Origin: Octopus bimaculoides
Taxonomy: Eukaryota
Reading direction: 5' to 3'
DNA length: 64,000 nucleotides
Assembly: GCF_001194135.2 (NCBI RefSeq)
Contig: NC_069002.1
Span: 36,222,485 to 36,286,484, forward strand
Part shown: piece after piece, positions 49,501 through 64,000 of the stretch
How the letters are laid out: every line of letters starts with the position of its first letter
How positions within the stretch are numbered: position 1 is the stretch's first letter
Notes under the pieces: model-generated
The model's database searches: none
What the model was told of the DNA's origin: nothing
Seen by the model: only the letters and a program-made list of their open reading frames with translations
Program-made: the position numbers and the translations under genes

Positions 49501-52500
49501 GGCTAGAAATAAGGTGGGTGTGGGGGAAACAAGATGGTTGTGAATCTAAAACAAAAAGCTAGCTAGTCTCCAAACAAACGGCGTCCAGAGTAACAAAGGA
49601 ATTCTTTAAAAGGTTAGATTCTAGTTTGACGTCTCAAACAGTCCAATACACAAGGAAAGCAAATACATAGCATTATGAGAAATTAACGGATTCTTCTAAT
49701 CGGGTCAAAAGTGTTTCCATTAGAAATTAATCACAGCTTCAACGAGCTGAAGTGTATCAGGTTTCTTATAATCTTAGGAATGTCAAGCCAGCTCCATGCT
49801 TACGAGAAGGAATCGGGGCTGCTGGGGCGGCAGAGGCGGCCAATTGTGAATCGTCACGACTTGGGATAGCATGCATTTCGGATCGTTTCGCTCTAATATC
49901 CTCTTATGTACTCCCCTCTCTCTTTCTCACCCCTCAGTATCTTCTGCATCCCACTCCTCTCTCTGTTCCTCCTCCCTGCGTCTTACTTCTCCCGCGCTCT
50001 CCTACCCCGCCCTTTCTATTCAATTTCCCTCTTTCTTCAAACTACCTCTCTTCCCTTCATCCTCCCTTACTCTCCCTCATCCTCCTTCTCTTTCCCTCAT
50101 CTTCCTACTCTCTCTCTCTCTCTCTCTTCCTCTCGTGCCTTCTTACTTTCTCTACGATTTGAGTAGTAAGCAGGATCGGGGTTAGCCAATTATATCGTCC
50201 CTTCCTCCAGAAACAAGAAATGGTTAAACGAAGGTCGAGCAAGATTCTCTCATAGAAACACTGATAATTTATTGGAACCCTCGAAGGACGAAGTGATGCA
50301 CCGTACGGCATGGAATAGACACCAACAAAAAGTAAACATCGGGATGCTGGGTATTGGAAGAATTGAGTAATATGGTAAGTTTAGTGCTAAGTTTATGGAT
50401 TCAAATCTACGCACAGCTCTGCCCCTTCAATATTCAATGATGCATCCCCAGATTTACTCCACTTTAGTTACTCTACTTTATTACAAATTAGTGCCACCTA
50501 GAATATTCCGAAGCATCCCCAGGCGACGGGCATGAATCTACTGCTCCTCCGAATTTGCTAACCAGAGTAGAATAAAATCCGGAAGAAAGGCGAGCACTTG
50601 TTCTCCGGGTGTTTTCTAATCTATTGGTTTCTTTGATCACCCATGTTTCTGCTAATAGTGTTATCACTGACATTTTAATTGATTTTATATAATTGCTCTC
50701 TTTTTTTGGTTTATAGTATTGTCGACTCTCGTAGCCAATAAAGAAATTCTTATTTTCATCACTATCGTTATTCTCATTTTCATTATAATTAGTGCTATTG
50801 TTGTTGTTGTTGTTTATTGCCGCAGTTAAACCCACCCTGGAAGGCCAAATTTTAAAAGAAAATGTTTTGAAGCTTTGAAAAGTTTTCAAGATGGCTTCTC
50901 TTTGCCAACTGACTTGCGGGGGAAAGAAGTGAGGGAAGTGAGGGAAGGTCTTGAAGGTGAAACAATCTTTCGTAAATAGCGGCAGAAGTGTCAGTAGCAA
51001 CAACAACGGTAACAACGATAACAATAACAGCAGCAGCAGTAGCAAGAACAATGATATGTTAATCAAGAATTCTCAGAGTTACAAGCAGTAGAAAATCCTA
51101 CTGCCGACGCCTAAATAGAAACAAACCATAGTATCGCAAACAAAACCACCGACAATACCAAACCAAGAAGAAACAATAACCGTAGTGACTACAATGATGA
51201 TGATCACAGCTTCAGCAGCAAATACATGGCATTTTTTTTTTCAAAACAATTGTTGTCTTTGATCAAATCTCATTAGAAGGAAATTTGGACGATGAGACGT
51301 ACAACAGAAAAGAGCAAGGAAACGTTACGCTCAGTACACAGCAACACTTTTAGATCAAAGAAAAGGGAAGATATGTATAGACGCTTGATAGCAACAGAAT
51401 TACAGCGTATAGCATGAAAAAGAATCTGTGTTTGCAAAACATTTGGCAAAACAAAATATTTTTGTGGGATATGTCCATAACTTCCGATACATTCGAGCTA
51501 TTTTCCACGCGGAAACCCTAGTCCAGAAGCACGCCCTATCCCACAAAAATTTGAATATTTTACACTGATGTCCATATACTGGTGACGGAGAGTGATCGAA
51601 CACGCTACCCAAAATAAATATTGGGTGGATGTTGAAATATGCAGTTTTATTTCTTGTTTGTTACTATAAAAATATCCCTAAAAGAAAATTGGGTTTGAAA
51701 GGGGATGAAGATTTTGATTCGGGTGACTTCTACGGCACTGGACAAAATTCTTTATCTTAATAGTGATCCTTGGATGCCAGAAACTGCAGGTGACAGTGTC
51801 GGAGAGAAGGCTCGGATTCTTCAACTGTGGAAACGCTAATCATCTCCAGTCTTTCTACTCTCAACCTCGAAAGAAGTTCTCAATACTTCTAACATCACAA
51901 CATCAACACCGCCATCAATAGCAGCAACCCCAAACACAATGGCAGCACTTAATTCTAATACGTTTGGATATTCTGCTTGAATTTGTATAGTGTTTAGTCA
52001 TTTTCTCTGCTGCCGAATTGCCAACTCGAACCCATGGTCTTTACATTTTTTCACTGCACTGTAGCAACTCATGCCACCTCAAATATACTATTTCACCTAT
52101 TTATATGGCAAAAGAAAGTCTTGTTCCACTTGTATCCACTTCAACAACACCTAGAAAGATATTCCTCCCACCTTCTTACATACGCCGCTAAAGCATCACT
52201 TTTAACAAATTTACGTTTATCTCACCACTTCGTAAAAAGTATCTCATACTTAATTCGCACGTGTTACCAGCGCACAAGCACAAACAACATAGCAATCAAT
52301 ATGGAACGACTGCTCCGAAACTGTGAAAATGATTGTCATATGTGTGAAAGCAATTCGTGATAATGCCCAAATAATTATCGAGAATGGAGGTGGGATCAGC
52401 CAATACAAAGATGTAAGGGTAGACATTTTATCAAATTCCAGATGTTTAAGACAACACTGGGAAGTTCTGTTAGACATTAGACATAATAAAATAAAATAAA

Positions 52501-53954
52501 TTGGAACTAAGGTTAAATTCTGATAACTGTTTTATCTCACTGAGATTGTTACACTACATTATTTCACAAAAAGTGACGTGTGACGATAAAATTATAATTC
52601 GATTATTCATTCTGAGATATTGATTGGAATTATATAAGTGTATCTTTCTCTATGTATTTTGGAGATAGAAGCAAGGTACTGAAATATTTTCTGATATTAA
52701 TTTATGGCAACGGAGAGAGAGAAAGCGAAAGAGACAGAGAGAAGGGGAGAGGGAAGTAGAGAGAAACGAACAGAGACAGACAGACAGACAGATAGATAGA
52801 TAGATAGAGTGGAAGAGAGAGAGACAGACAGACAGACAGAGGGAGAGAGATTATATCGTTGACGATATAATATATCGATATATATCGATGACGATGAAGA
52901 TGGCCAAGAGTTGGCGAAAGTGTAAAACAATTTCAGAGTAGAATATTAAGTAAATACATTTCTGGATTTACGCTATTCTGAGAACCTAGCTCTTAGCTAT
53001 TTCATACCTCATAACTCGATTCTATATATACCAATAATATTTGGGGGCCTTTTAATACATGTCTGTCAAAGACAAATCAATGTTGTTGAAGTTACTCTTG
53101 TTAGTGTTGGTTTCGAGGCGAATCCCGATGAATCAGACCGATCGTATTTTTAGAATGAACCTGCATCGAGAGTATTAATGTGTCCTTCTCTTCATTAAGA
53201 CGGTATGGCAGAACTGAACAAAGATTTGATTACCGTTCTTAGCATGTCAGTCCATGCATATATACTGCTGAAAAAATCCCCATCACCACCGCCATCATCA
53301 TCATCATCATCAGTACCTTCATCGTTATAAAAGTTTCACTCGAAAAGGAAAATGAGGGTGGATAGAGAAGCCCTAACTTCCAGCAAATCGACTGAAAGGT
53401 GGAGGAGAGTGACGTGCACAGTCCAAGTGCAGATGCCTCATAGCTTGAATTCCGTTTAGAAGTTGTTGATTATTAATTGTCACAGAATATTAATAACACG
53501 CAAACTAAATTCTGAAAGAGAAAAGTGAAAATGAATGATAAAGGAATGAAGTTGGATGTGGTTCTGCCTCCACAACCGTCTTTGAAGGTGTAAATAGAAT
53601 AGTAATTTCTGTTGCTTATGGCTGCAATCTGAATCAGTGTCATGTGAAAGGAGAGATGTAGAAAGTAGAGCAACCTCTAAATTGGTTGAAACGAGAAAAA
53701 ATACGAAAGTAGTAAAAGTTATTGAATGAAGACTATATAGCTTTTAAGGAAATTTGCATAGAATTACTATTATAAACCCTCCAGCTAGTTATAGTGTTCA
53801 GACACTGTTAATGTTAAAAGTACTTTTAATAAGTCAATTTGTTGCATGATACAAAACATGATACAAATAGAAGACGCAGAACATACATTAACTCTCAAGG
53901 AAACAGGAAACCCAGATACTGAAGAAGAGAGCACAATATTACAAATCCTTCTAA

Positions 53955-54105
53955 GGTGGCCAGCTGTTGAAATTCCGCCGAGATAGACTTTGCCTGTTAT
54001 CCCTTTCGGGGTCGATAGAATAAGCACCAGCTGAGTCCTTGGGCCGATGTAATCGACTTACCCACTCTCCCGAAATTACTGTCCTTGCGCCAAATTTTGA
54101 AACCA
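53955..54105 (+). mobile_element. Abundant SINE copy
   Basis: Core motif and tail. Confidence 0.75.
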
Positions 54106-54149
54106 ATATTACAAATCTTATTTTGTGGAAACTCACTAGAACAGCCCCT

Positions 54150-54900
54150 CAGACCTGGTGAAAAAAAAGAATCGATATGTATCCAAGGAACATATAGACA
54201 CTAGAAATAAAGATTTGTCAATACGAATCCTAAAGAAAAGTGCGATGAATCTTTTATTTAACAGTCCTACTCCTCCACCAAGCTTCGTCCAACTGACAGC
54301 GGACATTGAGAACTTTAGTAGCCATTTCTGTCTTATAGAATGTTTTGGCAATTGTGCCTTAATTAGCAGAAATAAGTCCAACTTCACCCTTTTTGGTGGA
54401 AGTGACAAACACTTAGGTCGATAGATTGACACGATGCATAAATTCCCATCCAGGACTCATAAATGTAAGGAAACCTTCGTAAAAAAAAGGGGGGCTCTAC
54501 TACCACTGAAAAATGGCCACTAAATCATCGTTAAAGAAGATGAAACGGGTGAAGCAATAATTATTATGAACAGATGTTCATTATAAAAACATGATATTAA
54601 AACAAATAACTCACTAAAAGTATTATTACGAAGAAAGGAAAAAAAACAATTATGAACAAAACCAAAACATTAATTAAACAATGCCCAGACTTCTTTAAGG
54701 ATTAAAAAATGAACTATTTATGCAGTTTCAAAATTACAGAAAGCGATTTCTGTGACTTGACTAGGATCCATGAAAAAAAGCTTAGAAATACAGTTATAAA
54801 TGAACATAGCAAATTTTCCGACCAATCGATCTCAAATAAAGACCAGAAATTATAGGAACACAATCTCCAATACGATGCCAGAACCACCTTTTACACCATT
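54150..54900 (+). mobile_element. Decayed Penelope-like element, N-terminal/pre-RT region
   Basis: SPTP..LTADIENF..LIECF and IVKEDETGEAIIIMNR (compare PADKGGAIVIMN). Confidence 0.55.
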
Positions 54901-55414
54901 TTTCCCATTCATATCCAATTACAGACAGGATGACATATTGCTTTACACTCATCCCATCGACTGTCATAGAAGGAACTGTCCAAACAAGCTCTGAAGTTAG
55001 TAACCACTATACATGTGTGTAAAATATACATTTACATACCTGTGCGTAAATATCTATGTACGTTTGTATATGTGTGTATCTATGTATTTGTAAGCATGTG
55101 TATATGTATCTCAGAGTGTATGCATATATAGTCTTGTACTTATGTATTCTTGTGTATATGTCTGTGTGCACTCTTGTGTGTATCTCTAAATGTGTCCTTA
55201 CGTGCATATATTCGTAAATGTTTGCGCGTTTAAAAGTCTGTTGATAGTTTTGGTACGCTGAAGAGAAATTAATTAGTAACCAAGCTAAACATCATAAACC
55301 ATATTCATCCGAAACTTAGTGAGAATCCCCTGTGGGCTGAGATTGAATATCCGTCTAGTGGTGGAGGCTATGACCATCGTACGTTTAATATACAATAGGA
55401 TGTTTTAAGGCAGA

Positions 55415-55620
55415 TGAGCTATCAGAATAGTGAGCATTGCGGATAAAATGCTTAGTGGCATTTCTTCCGTCTTTACGTTCCGAGTTCAAATTTTGCCGAG
55501 GTCGACTTTGCCTTTCATCCTCTCGGGATCGATAAAATAAGTACCAGTTTAGCACTGGGGCCGATGTAATCCACTTACCCCTCCCCTAAAACTTGCTGGC
55601 TTTGTGCCAAAATTTGAAGC
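55415..55620 (+). mobile_element. Abundant SINE copy, full length
   Basis: Head, core and tail. Confidence 0.8.
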
Positions 55621-56779
55621 CTATATACAAAGAACCTATGTACATATAACAACCCTATATAATGGGTTTGTGATATGTATCACTCAACTCATTCACCCAC
55701 ACATGCACGCACACATAAACATATACACCAACCATCACATGCTCACACATAAAATTGACAGGGATGTATCAACGTAGTTGTTCAACCGAGTTAGACATAG
55801 TGGTCTAATTTCCCTCTTATTTCTCACGTATGCCATTTATCCCGGGTCAAACTTGAATGATTGGGCCTATGACAAAAAGCATTTGATCGAAGTAGATCAT
55901 GTCTAGTTGGTGCCTCATCGGTCTATATCTGTCCTCTCATCAGCGCTGGCTCGCTGCATCCGTGATCCATAACATTCCACTTACGACCATTCCGACTTAT
56001 TTTCAAGCATTATATATCATTTGACTTCATTATCCAATACGTCTCATTTTGTTTAGAATGTGAGGAATGAAGTGGGGGAATATTTGTCTGTTATTTCGAG
56101 GTGACAGAAGTACGACAGGGTCAAAGGCTAAATTCCTTGTTTCGTGAACAAACGTTGTCAACGACGGTGGTGAGAAGAAGGCAGAGATGAATAGACTGAA
56201 AGATCAGAGGAAAGAGAAAAGAAAAATAAGCTTAAGGAGAGGTAGGGTAGGGGTAGAAAGAAAGAAATAGAGAAAAGAAGAAGAAAGGAAAATAACAAGA
56301 AACAAACAGGCATAAGTAAACCCAAGGCATGAGAGAATTAAAACAGAGTCAACTGTACTTTTATGGTCGGGAGCTGACATTCTGAATCAGAAATAAACTA
56401 TACAATATAACACAGTAAAATATAATTTGCTGATAGACATATTTGATTTATATACAGTTAGTTTTTATGACCTATTTTATGACGTTTCATAAAAAATAAA
56501 AAGCGAAAATAGTTATTGCAATTTCTCACTTGTTTGAGTGACGATGCAGTGGAAAGTTGTAAAGATTTTTTTAGTGTTTGGTTGGGGGAGGGAGAAAAAG
56601 ACAGGGACCAAGACCTTTATCATGGGTTCCAAGGCTGGTTGCGGGGAGGAGATAATCCTCGTACAGTAAGTTTGGATTTGATACTTGCAACTAGGGGGTC
56701 TCAACTACCGGTATGAGGACCAGTACTGAACGGAGGATTATTTGGTACTTGACCGCAGAGAAAGAATAAATTTTTTAAT

Positions 56780-56900
56780 TATTATTTCTTATTTCTTTAT
56801 TGCCCACAAAGGGCTAAACATAGAGGGGACAAACAAGGACAGACAAAGGGATTAAGTCGATTACATCGACCCCAATGTGTGACTGGTACTTAATTTATCG
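56780..56900 (-). mobile_element. Abundant SINE copy, 3' half
   Basis: Tail identical to the 2880-2990 region. Confidence 0.75.
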
Positions 56901-58078
56901 ATGAAGTGAAAATGTATGTGCCCAAAGGTCTGGTAACGCCATTGATGGCCTATTGGTGTGTTTATACCCATATTGTCAAAAAGGAGAATTTCTTCTCTCG
57001 AGACAATTTTAGCAGCGTACTGTATTTGTATTTCCGAATGTACACCAGACACGTCAAATATGACTTCACATCACCATATTTCGTTTAGCATTGTTTATTG
57101 TGCATCTAACAAATCTAATATGTTTCACCTTACATTTATTGAAAGATATTTTGAAGTGGTTTTATGGAAGCAATGTTTGATTCTGTACACGTAAATATAA
57201 TATCATGGACAGTTCACATGCGAAGAATGAAGCCATAAACTTACTATTATTAAACTACGTATCACAATGTTGACTCCTTATAAATCAGTTATGTAGTTCT
57301 TAATATTTTGCTCAAACAAATTGGCGGCGCCAAGTTGCGGAACTCGTATTTCTGCTTGTATTATCGAAATTCACCACGTAGGTGGCGCATTGTTGATATG
57401 GTTTTGTTGCTTTCCTCTTTGACAGGTAAATGAAAGTTTACTAACATTCCTTAACGAAATTTTTCATTTAGATAATTAAAAATTGTTTCTTAAACAATAT
57501 AGGATATGATAATACAATAATTAAACAATATAGGATATGATAATAACTTGTAGGTGCGTGGTATTTCGTAATACAACCATAATATACAAAGTATATTAAA
57601 CGTTTTTATAAATCAATACCACGTTCTACTTTGTTAAGCAGCGCGTTTTTACATTATTTTTTAAAGTTATCTCTCCATTATTCGCTCATAAATATATATA
57701 TATATATATATATGCAAACACGTGTATATTCACACAGATACTCATATATACATCCATACATATACATGCACACACTCACACGTACAGGTAGATAGAGATA
57801 AGAAGACACATACATACATACATAGATATGCAGGCGTACACATATACACATACATACACATATTTCTATATACATCAGTAATGACTTTTTTTTACTAGTA
57901 TGACTACGCTGTATTTTGCAATGAAGCTACAGGATGTTATTCAGAAACTCAACTAAGAGTTCACTGCATGTCACAGCAGAAACAGCTGTAAGATAATGCA
58001 GTTCGTAACATAACTATAGTTTTTCTCCTGTGTCATCTATTTTTCAGACATATGTGTGTGTGAGTATGTGTGTAAATC

Positions 58079-58140
<62 letters not shown>

Positions 58141-58919
58141 TGTGTGCGTACGCACGCGTGCGGTGTGTGTATTTATAAATATTTGCATACGTGCACTAAC
58201 ACAGACACACACACACACAATTCATAATGTCGTAACTGTTGGATAATAATAGAATAGTCTGTTATATATTGAACAATAATTGCAAAGAACAACTTTGAAC
58301 TTTAGGTTAGAAAATTCCGACTTTGGTCACGTGTTCAGCAGAATGGTTTTAGTTAACATCGGAGACGATAATTGACTCATTAATATGCATTGCTTCACCA
58401 ATATATGCGTCATCATCATCATTGTTGTCGTCATCACTTCCACCAGCACCAAAATCCATCACCACCGCCGCCATCATTACCACCAGCGCAACAACCACTA
58501 TAATCATGATCATCGTTATCATCATCACTATTACCATGACAACAGCCACGCAACCAGACCAACACTGCAGCACCACCACCACCGTCAATAACATCACTGC
58601 TCCTCCTCCTCCTCCTCATCATCATCATCATAACCATCACCATCCTTCAAATCTATTATTACTAGTCGAGCTACCAAGAATTTCATGACTTTAAAATTTA
58701 TGGCCGCTGTTGTTGGTATTTAACCCCCAGGTCAGCCTTAACCGAGCAGATTCATTATCAAAGACATTCTAGCTGCTGCGACGATCCACCATCACCACCA
58801 CCAGCAGCAGCAGCATCATATTATTATTGTTGTTGTTGTTATCGTATACACACAACAGATTGGACTATAGGAAAAGAAATATTCTTAACATCGGGTTACA
58901 ACAACTAACCCTAAATGCC

Positions 58920-59400
58920 AAGAACCCCCCTAAGTATCCTGGCTGTCCCTAATAACACAATTTTCCGGAGCTGCACTAAACTGGGTTTTATGCCTATTCC
59001 CTCTCTGCATCTGTCCAGATCTTTAAAGATAACTCCTAATGCACCTATAACTACTGGGATACATTTTACCTGCACTTTCTTGTAATTCAATGGCTAGGTC
59101 ATGGTACTTTGCTATTTCTCTATACTTCTGACAATGTTTTCATCATTTGAGACTGTAAAGTCAATTATTTGGCACTTTCTATTCTATTTATCTCCTACTA
59201 CCAAACCAGGCCTTGTAGCTTCTATTGCGGTCAGTCAGAATGTTTAAGTCCCACAACATCTTATATTTCTTACCTTCTAGTAATTTACTAGGTTTATGTT
59301 CATATTATTTATCAGTATGTTCAAATCCTGGCTTTCTACATAACTCCCAGTAGATTCCTCTCCCTAGATTGTCATGTCTGTTCTTGTATTCTTTCTGTAC
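58920..59400 (-). mobile_element. 3' part of an RLE-type LINE (R4/Dong-like), pseudogenised
   Basis: Minus strand: EYKNRHDNLGRGIYWELC, MLWD, IEATRPGLVV, QIIDFTV, IPVVIGALG, KIVLLGTARILR. Confidence 0.8.
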
Positions 59401-60362
59401 CAGCATGCTGCATTCACTTACTATATGAGTAATGCTTTTTCTTCTGTTGTTGGGGCCGCTTGTTTCGTTGGGGCCACTTGTGTCGTTGGGGTTGCTTCAG
59501 CTGTTGTGGTGTGGGCGGTGGTTGTATCAAGGGGATAATGCCCTCCTTCTGTTTTAGTTGTGGACAGAAGGCTTTCAGCTGGTTATTCGGTCCACGTTGA
59601 TAACATCTTGTTCTTCTGCCCTCAACTGTGACGTTCAGCATAGTACAATCTTCTTTCTTTCCTTCTATCATAGTAACAGAGAGGTTTACCTTTATTAACA
59701 CTTCAACAGCAGAAGTAGACATTTTTGTGTCTAACATAAGCTATGCTTATGCCGCGTAGGTCGACATTACCTTCGATCCTTTAAGGGTTGATAAGTTATG
59801 TACCATTTTATCATTAGGTTTGACGTAATCGACTTACTCACACCACCGAAATTGCAATGAGTGAGAATTAAAATTCACTTCATTTCTTCTCTGAAAAAGC
59901 CTCATTCAAAATGTAATTGAATTACGTTCAATGAAGAATCGATTTGACGAAGTTTTGGTGAAGCAACAGAAACGAAAAATAATTAACGGTTTCCTATTAC
60001 CTAAAGAAACATAAACCGAGACTTATCGTTGGCAGTTAATATATTTCAATGATGGACCGTTATGTTCTTCCGATTGGGAATTCTAATTCCTAAAGAGCTT
60101 ATAATAAACAAAGCTGTGAATAAATTAGCCTGATGAAAGTAAAGAATATTAATCGTATTTTAAACAATGGAATTCTTAAAGGAAAATAAATAGTAGTAAA
60201 AAAAAAAACGATGAAGTAATTGAGACAAAAGATAAAAGTGGAATGCGAAATGATTGATCATCTATCATTCGTATGTGTATGTATGTTTGCATATACATGT
60301 GTGTGTGTGCGCCTGAGAGTGTACCTCCGCATGTGTGTGTGTGTGTGTGTGTGTGTGTATAC

Positions 60363-60393
<31 letters not shown>

Positions 60394-60404
60394 CATATAT
60401 ATAA

Positions 60405-60870
60405 ACTATGCGAAAGTGTTCGTTGGCTACGTTGAGGCCCTAATATTTTCAAGATTTACTGGTCTGTTATATTGATGACTATCGGTACGACCTCACTCTC
60501 CCGTGGACAACTAGACTCCTTCCTCTCTTTTGGCCAATCCTTCCATCCTGCTGTCGAATTCTCCTGCACTATTCTCCAACACTTCCGTCCCCTTTCTCGA
60601 CACTTCGGTCAACATACACAACTCCGCTCTCACTACTTCTATCTACTACAAACACACACACAGACTCACACCTCAACATCTCCCCTTCCCACTACATCCT
60701 CTACACCCAATTCTCTCCAACCCCTACTCCCAATTCCTGTCTGAGCAGTCTCTTCAGTGACAACCATGCCTTTGAGACTCAGTCTCAACTCATGGCTCGC
60801 CACTGCATCCTTCATGGATATCCCCTCACCACTATCTACACAGCCCTTGCCAGAACACTTCCGTGGGTCG
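60405..60870 (+). mobile_element. Penelope-like reverse transcriptase fragment
   Basis: YAKVFVGYVE, YIDD at 60468-60479, SFHPAVEF, PFLDTSV, TSIYYK, PYSQFL..SDN, HGYP; frameshifted. Confidence 0.85.
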
Positions 60871-63489
60871 TGCCTCTGCTCTCTCTCTCTCTCTTTCCCT
60901 ACTGGATAAAGGACTAACTTTGTTAAGTAAACTAATCTTTTAGATTTCACCAACAATTTTCATCCTTTCACATACTTCACTATCTTTATATTTTCATACC
61001 TTTTACATATACTTTCTCTATCTTTGTAATTATATTTATTTGTATTTTTATTCCATAACGGATTTGATCCTAAAAGTGAATCCAAAACTATTTTAGAACT
61101 CGTTATTTCAGTATCTAAAACAATGGCACCATTTGCCAATTTATATTGGTAAATGTCTACAGAAATGCTATTTTGTATTTATTTTTGATCCATGCCGATG
61201 ACAAAATGAACTTACCAATATTTAGATACCTCACTCATTGATTCATTACAATATTTCATTATTCTTAATCTTTATTCAACTTTAGAACAACAGAGCCTAA
61301 AAGAGGCAAGAAAGCCAGATAGTGGGACATTTTTGTGCCAACTGGAATTGAACCTGGTTAACCTGGTTTTCATATTTGCCTCCATCCTTTTATGAAAAAA
61401 ATTTTTTTTTTTTTTTTGTCTTATTGAAAGAACTGACCGGCTGTATGGATCGAAACAATTTTCCTTCTTCCTTTCTTTCCTTCTCTCCTTCTCTTCTCCA
61501 TTGACACTCTTTTCAGATACACAGGCATACGCGCGCGCGCACACGCACGCACGCACGCACACACACACACATACATACAAACACACCCACTCGCTCTCAC
61601 TGGACAATGACAATTTTTTGAAAAATAGCTTTTTTCCAAACAATACCCTCCCCCCTTAGATAGCCACCTGGTTTTGCCATTTTTAAAGGCCAAGAATCAA
61701 CTTGTCATCTTCTATTGAAAGAATTGACCAATTGTATAGATGTAAACACTATTTTTCTTCTTCCTCTCTTCCGGCCACCAGGGTGGCCAATTTAAAGACG
61801 GTTTGGGCCGAAGCGCGTATAACGGTTGATTAGCTCTCGTACATCCGATACACAAGGCAGTAAAACATGCCTATACCAATTTCTTTATCTTGAAAATAGG
61901 TTCATGAACGACACGAAACATTGATAATATATTCTTCAGATATATACTTTGTACTGTCCCCACAAAAACTAAAAGCATATGACATATAAAAGAATATAAA
62001 ATAAAGGAAGTGTCATAGTTTTTAATTAAACGTATATTCATATGTAGGTATATTATATCTATACTCATGTGTGTAAAATGCGATAGTACATGTTATATAT
62101 ATATATTATTTTAACTAAAAAGGTATTAGTAACAGAATAAAAACATTATGTTCGGGTCAACGACTCAACAAAAAACAACATCCCTCAAACAAACAATCAT
62201 ATATAAAAAAATACACCATGGTCCACAAACACAAGAAAAGCATATAAATAAAAATAATACATATATGCAAGAAATATTTTTTTATATATATAATAGAATA
62301 CAAAAGGTCTAGAAGTTAAAATAAGGCGACTAAAAATTCAAAAGTACCAGTCCTGTTAGATAAATAAATAACATGAAGATAAAATAGTATAAAATAAAAT
62401 AATTGTCCACCGACTAAATAATTTAACTCGCGATTAAAATACTTTTAAATAATTTAAAGTCATTCGAAGGTCATTAAAAGATTTTTTTTTTAACATATAT
62501 TTGAAATAGTCAAATTCTTACCTCAACCGGTACAACTTCAAATAAAGCCGTCTTCCAAGGTAAAATCCCAAATATCCTGAAAAAGTTGTCTCTATTCGCA
62601 AAACCATTCAAACGTTCATAAAAGCAAACCGGTCAAAAAAGCAACACGCACAAGTATCTATGGCCATTTCAGGAGTTCACTACCGTAGTTCAATTACACC
62701 AAGGTGCAATCCGGCAATGACCCGTTCATCGGGATAACAGTTACACTCGCATCAAGCTTATGAGAAGAAAAGAAAAGAAAAGAATTATGTCTTTTAATAT
62801 GGCTTATATATCCCAGAGAGAACACAGCTGCAGACTATTCCACATCACTAATGGAGGAAAAAAAATGTTAAACATTTTAAGTGGCTGTAATATCAACTCG
62901 CAGGTTTCAAATCCCTCTAGCGCTAATAATTATTACTTATTTTTATTTTTATTCCTATATACTTTTACGAATGTGGATGAAAACCTATGATTACAGAAGG
63001 GGATCACTTCAATAAATCTATTTCAGGTTTTCGGTCCGAAAGACCTAAATATAGCAAGGGATTCCCTAACACACAACAGACATTTACTAATATTTACTCT
63101 AAAATACGGGGCTCTCGATATAATCGACCATTCCAGAGAATACCTCTTATTATTCTTTTTATATCTCTGTGTATACATATATACATATATGTATGTATGT
63201 AGATACACATATACTGAGAGAGAGAGAGAGCGACATATATATTTATATATATGCATACACACATCACGCGCACACACAAACACACACACACACATGGCAC
63301 CACACATTTACGTATATATATATTAATATATATGAGTCTTATGTCTTAATGATTTTAATGTATAAATATACTGTATTCACATTAAAAGTTAATTTAGACA
63401 CTAAAAGCCATTCTAATTAATAGTCAATCCAATATACATTAGCAACGATAATGAATATTTCGTAGACTGCTTTATTGATTTATATATTA

Positions 63490-63900
63490 ATACTGGTGAA
63501 GTAGTGGTTAGGGCAGCGGACTATTTTCAGCCTCGTCCACCAGATAACCACTTTCGCCACAGCCACCAGACAAAGGAAAACTGCCTTGCCACCCGATAAA
63601 AGAAGGGCGGCGGGGCAATAATCATTATGGACTGGGACGACAGACGGATCTGTCCTACATGCGAAAGCAGCTGTTTGACATAACTCCACAAGTCAGCATT
63701 GCCCGGACACTGAACGAGTGCATGCAGAACGGTTTCGTCGCTCTACGAACACCTCGGACAAGCCCGTCTAACAGCACACCCGTTCCAGTAGAGTTTATCT
63801 CGAATTGGTAGTACTGCCAGGTCAAAGACATCTGGAAATTATCCGTAACAGTCGCCGCCCACCAGAAAGTCGTACGGAATAGACTTGTCAGTTCGTCTTC
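63490..63900 (+). mobile_element. Decayed Penelope-like pre-RT fragment
   Basis: LPPDK / GGGAIIIMD across a frameshift, then RKQLFD. Confidence 0.4.
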
Positions 63901-63923
63901 GTAGACGAAATACCGCTAATCTC

Positions 63924-63971
<48 letters not shown>

Positions 63972-64000
63972 TTATTACCCACTAGGGGCCAAACAAAGAA

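Noticed and set aside
55250-55330. CTGAAGA...GAAAC hammerhead-like spacing
   Set aside because: No valid NUH triplet or stem I could be formed
30000-64000. Search for a second knottin paralogue, a receptor gene, rRNA, true tRNA or a CRISPR array
   Set aside because: None recognised by eye; tRNA-like motifs are all SINE heads. Small exons of an unrecognised gene cannot be excluded.

Overview
AT-rich, microsatellite- and SINE-dense eukaryotic DNA with four N gaps. It is most likely an octopus genome; this is inferred from the SINE families and repeat style, not from a search. One intact protein-coding gene could be assembled by hand, and the ORF track misses it because it is split. It is a + strand gene with 4 coding exons (10428-10497, 24921-24975, 25823-25894, 29363-29516), canonical GT-AG junctions and compatible phases. 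It encodes a 116-aa secreted precursor: signal peptide, acidic propeptide with KR/RR sites, and an 8-Cys inhibitor-cystine-knot peptide (CSKWQMACTTSSKRPDARCCSGLVCKCNIWGANCRCDDTL-G) of the agatoxin-like peptide family. A TATA/Inr promoter, a probable non-coding first exon and a poly(A) signal are also visible. The rest is decayed transposons: mariner fragments and MITEs, RLE-type R4/Dong-like LINEs, Penelope-like elements, and several tRNA-derived SINE families. A second notable layer is a set of at least seven type-I hammerhead-ribozyme motifs. One is fully canonical. One lies sense-oriented in the gene's intron and is overlapped by an 89-bp inverted repeat. One family occurs in circularly permuted order, which suggests a retrozyme-like circular RNA element. 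All alignments and folds were done by eye.
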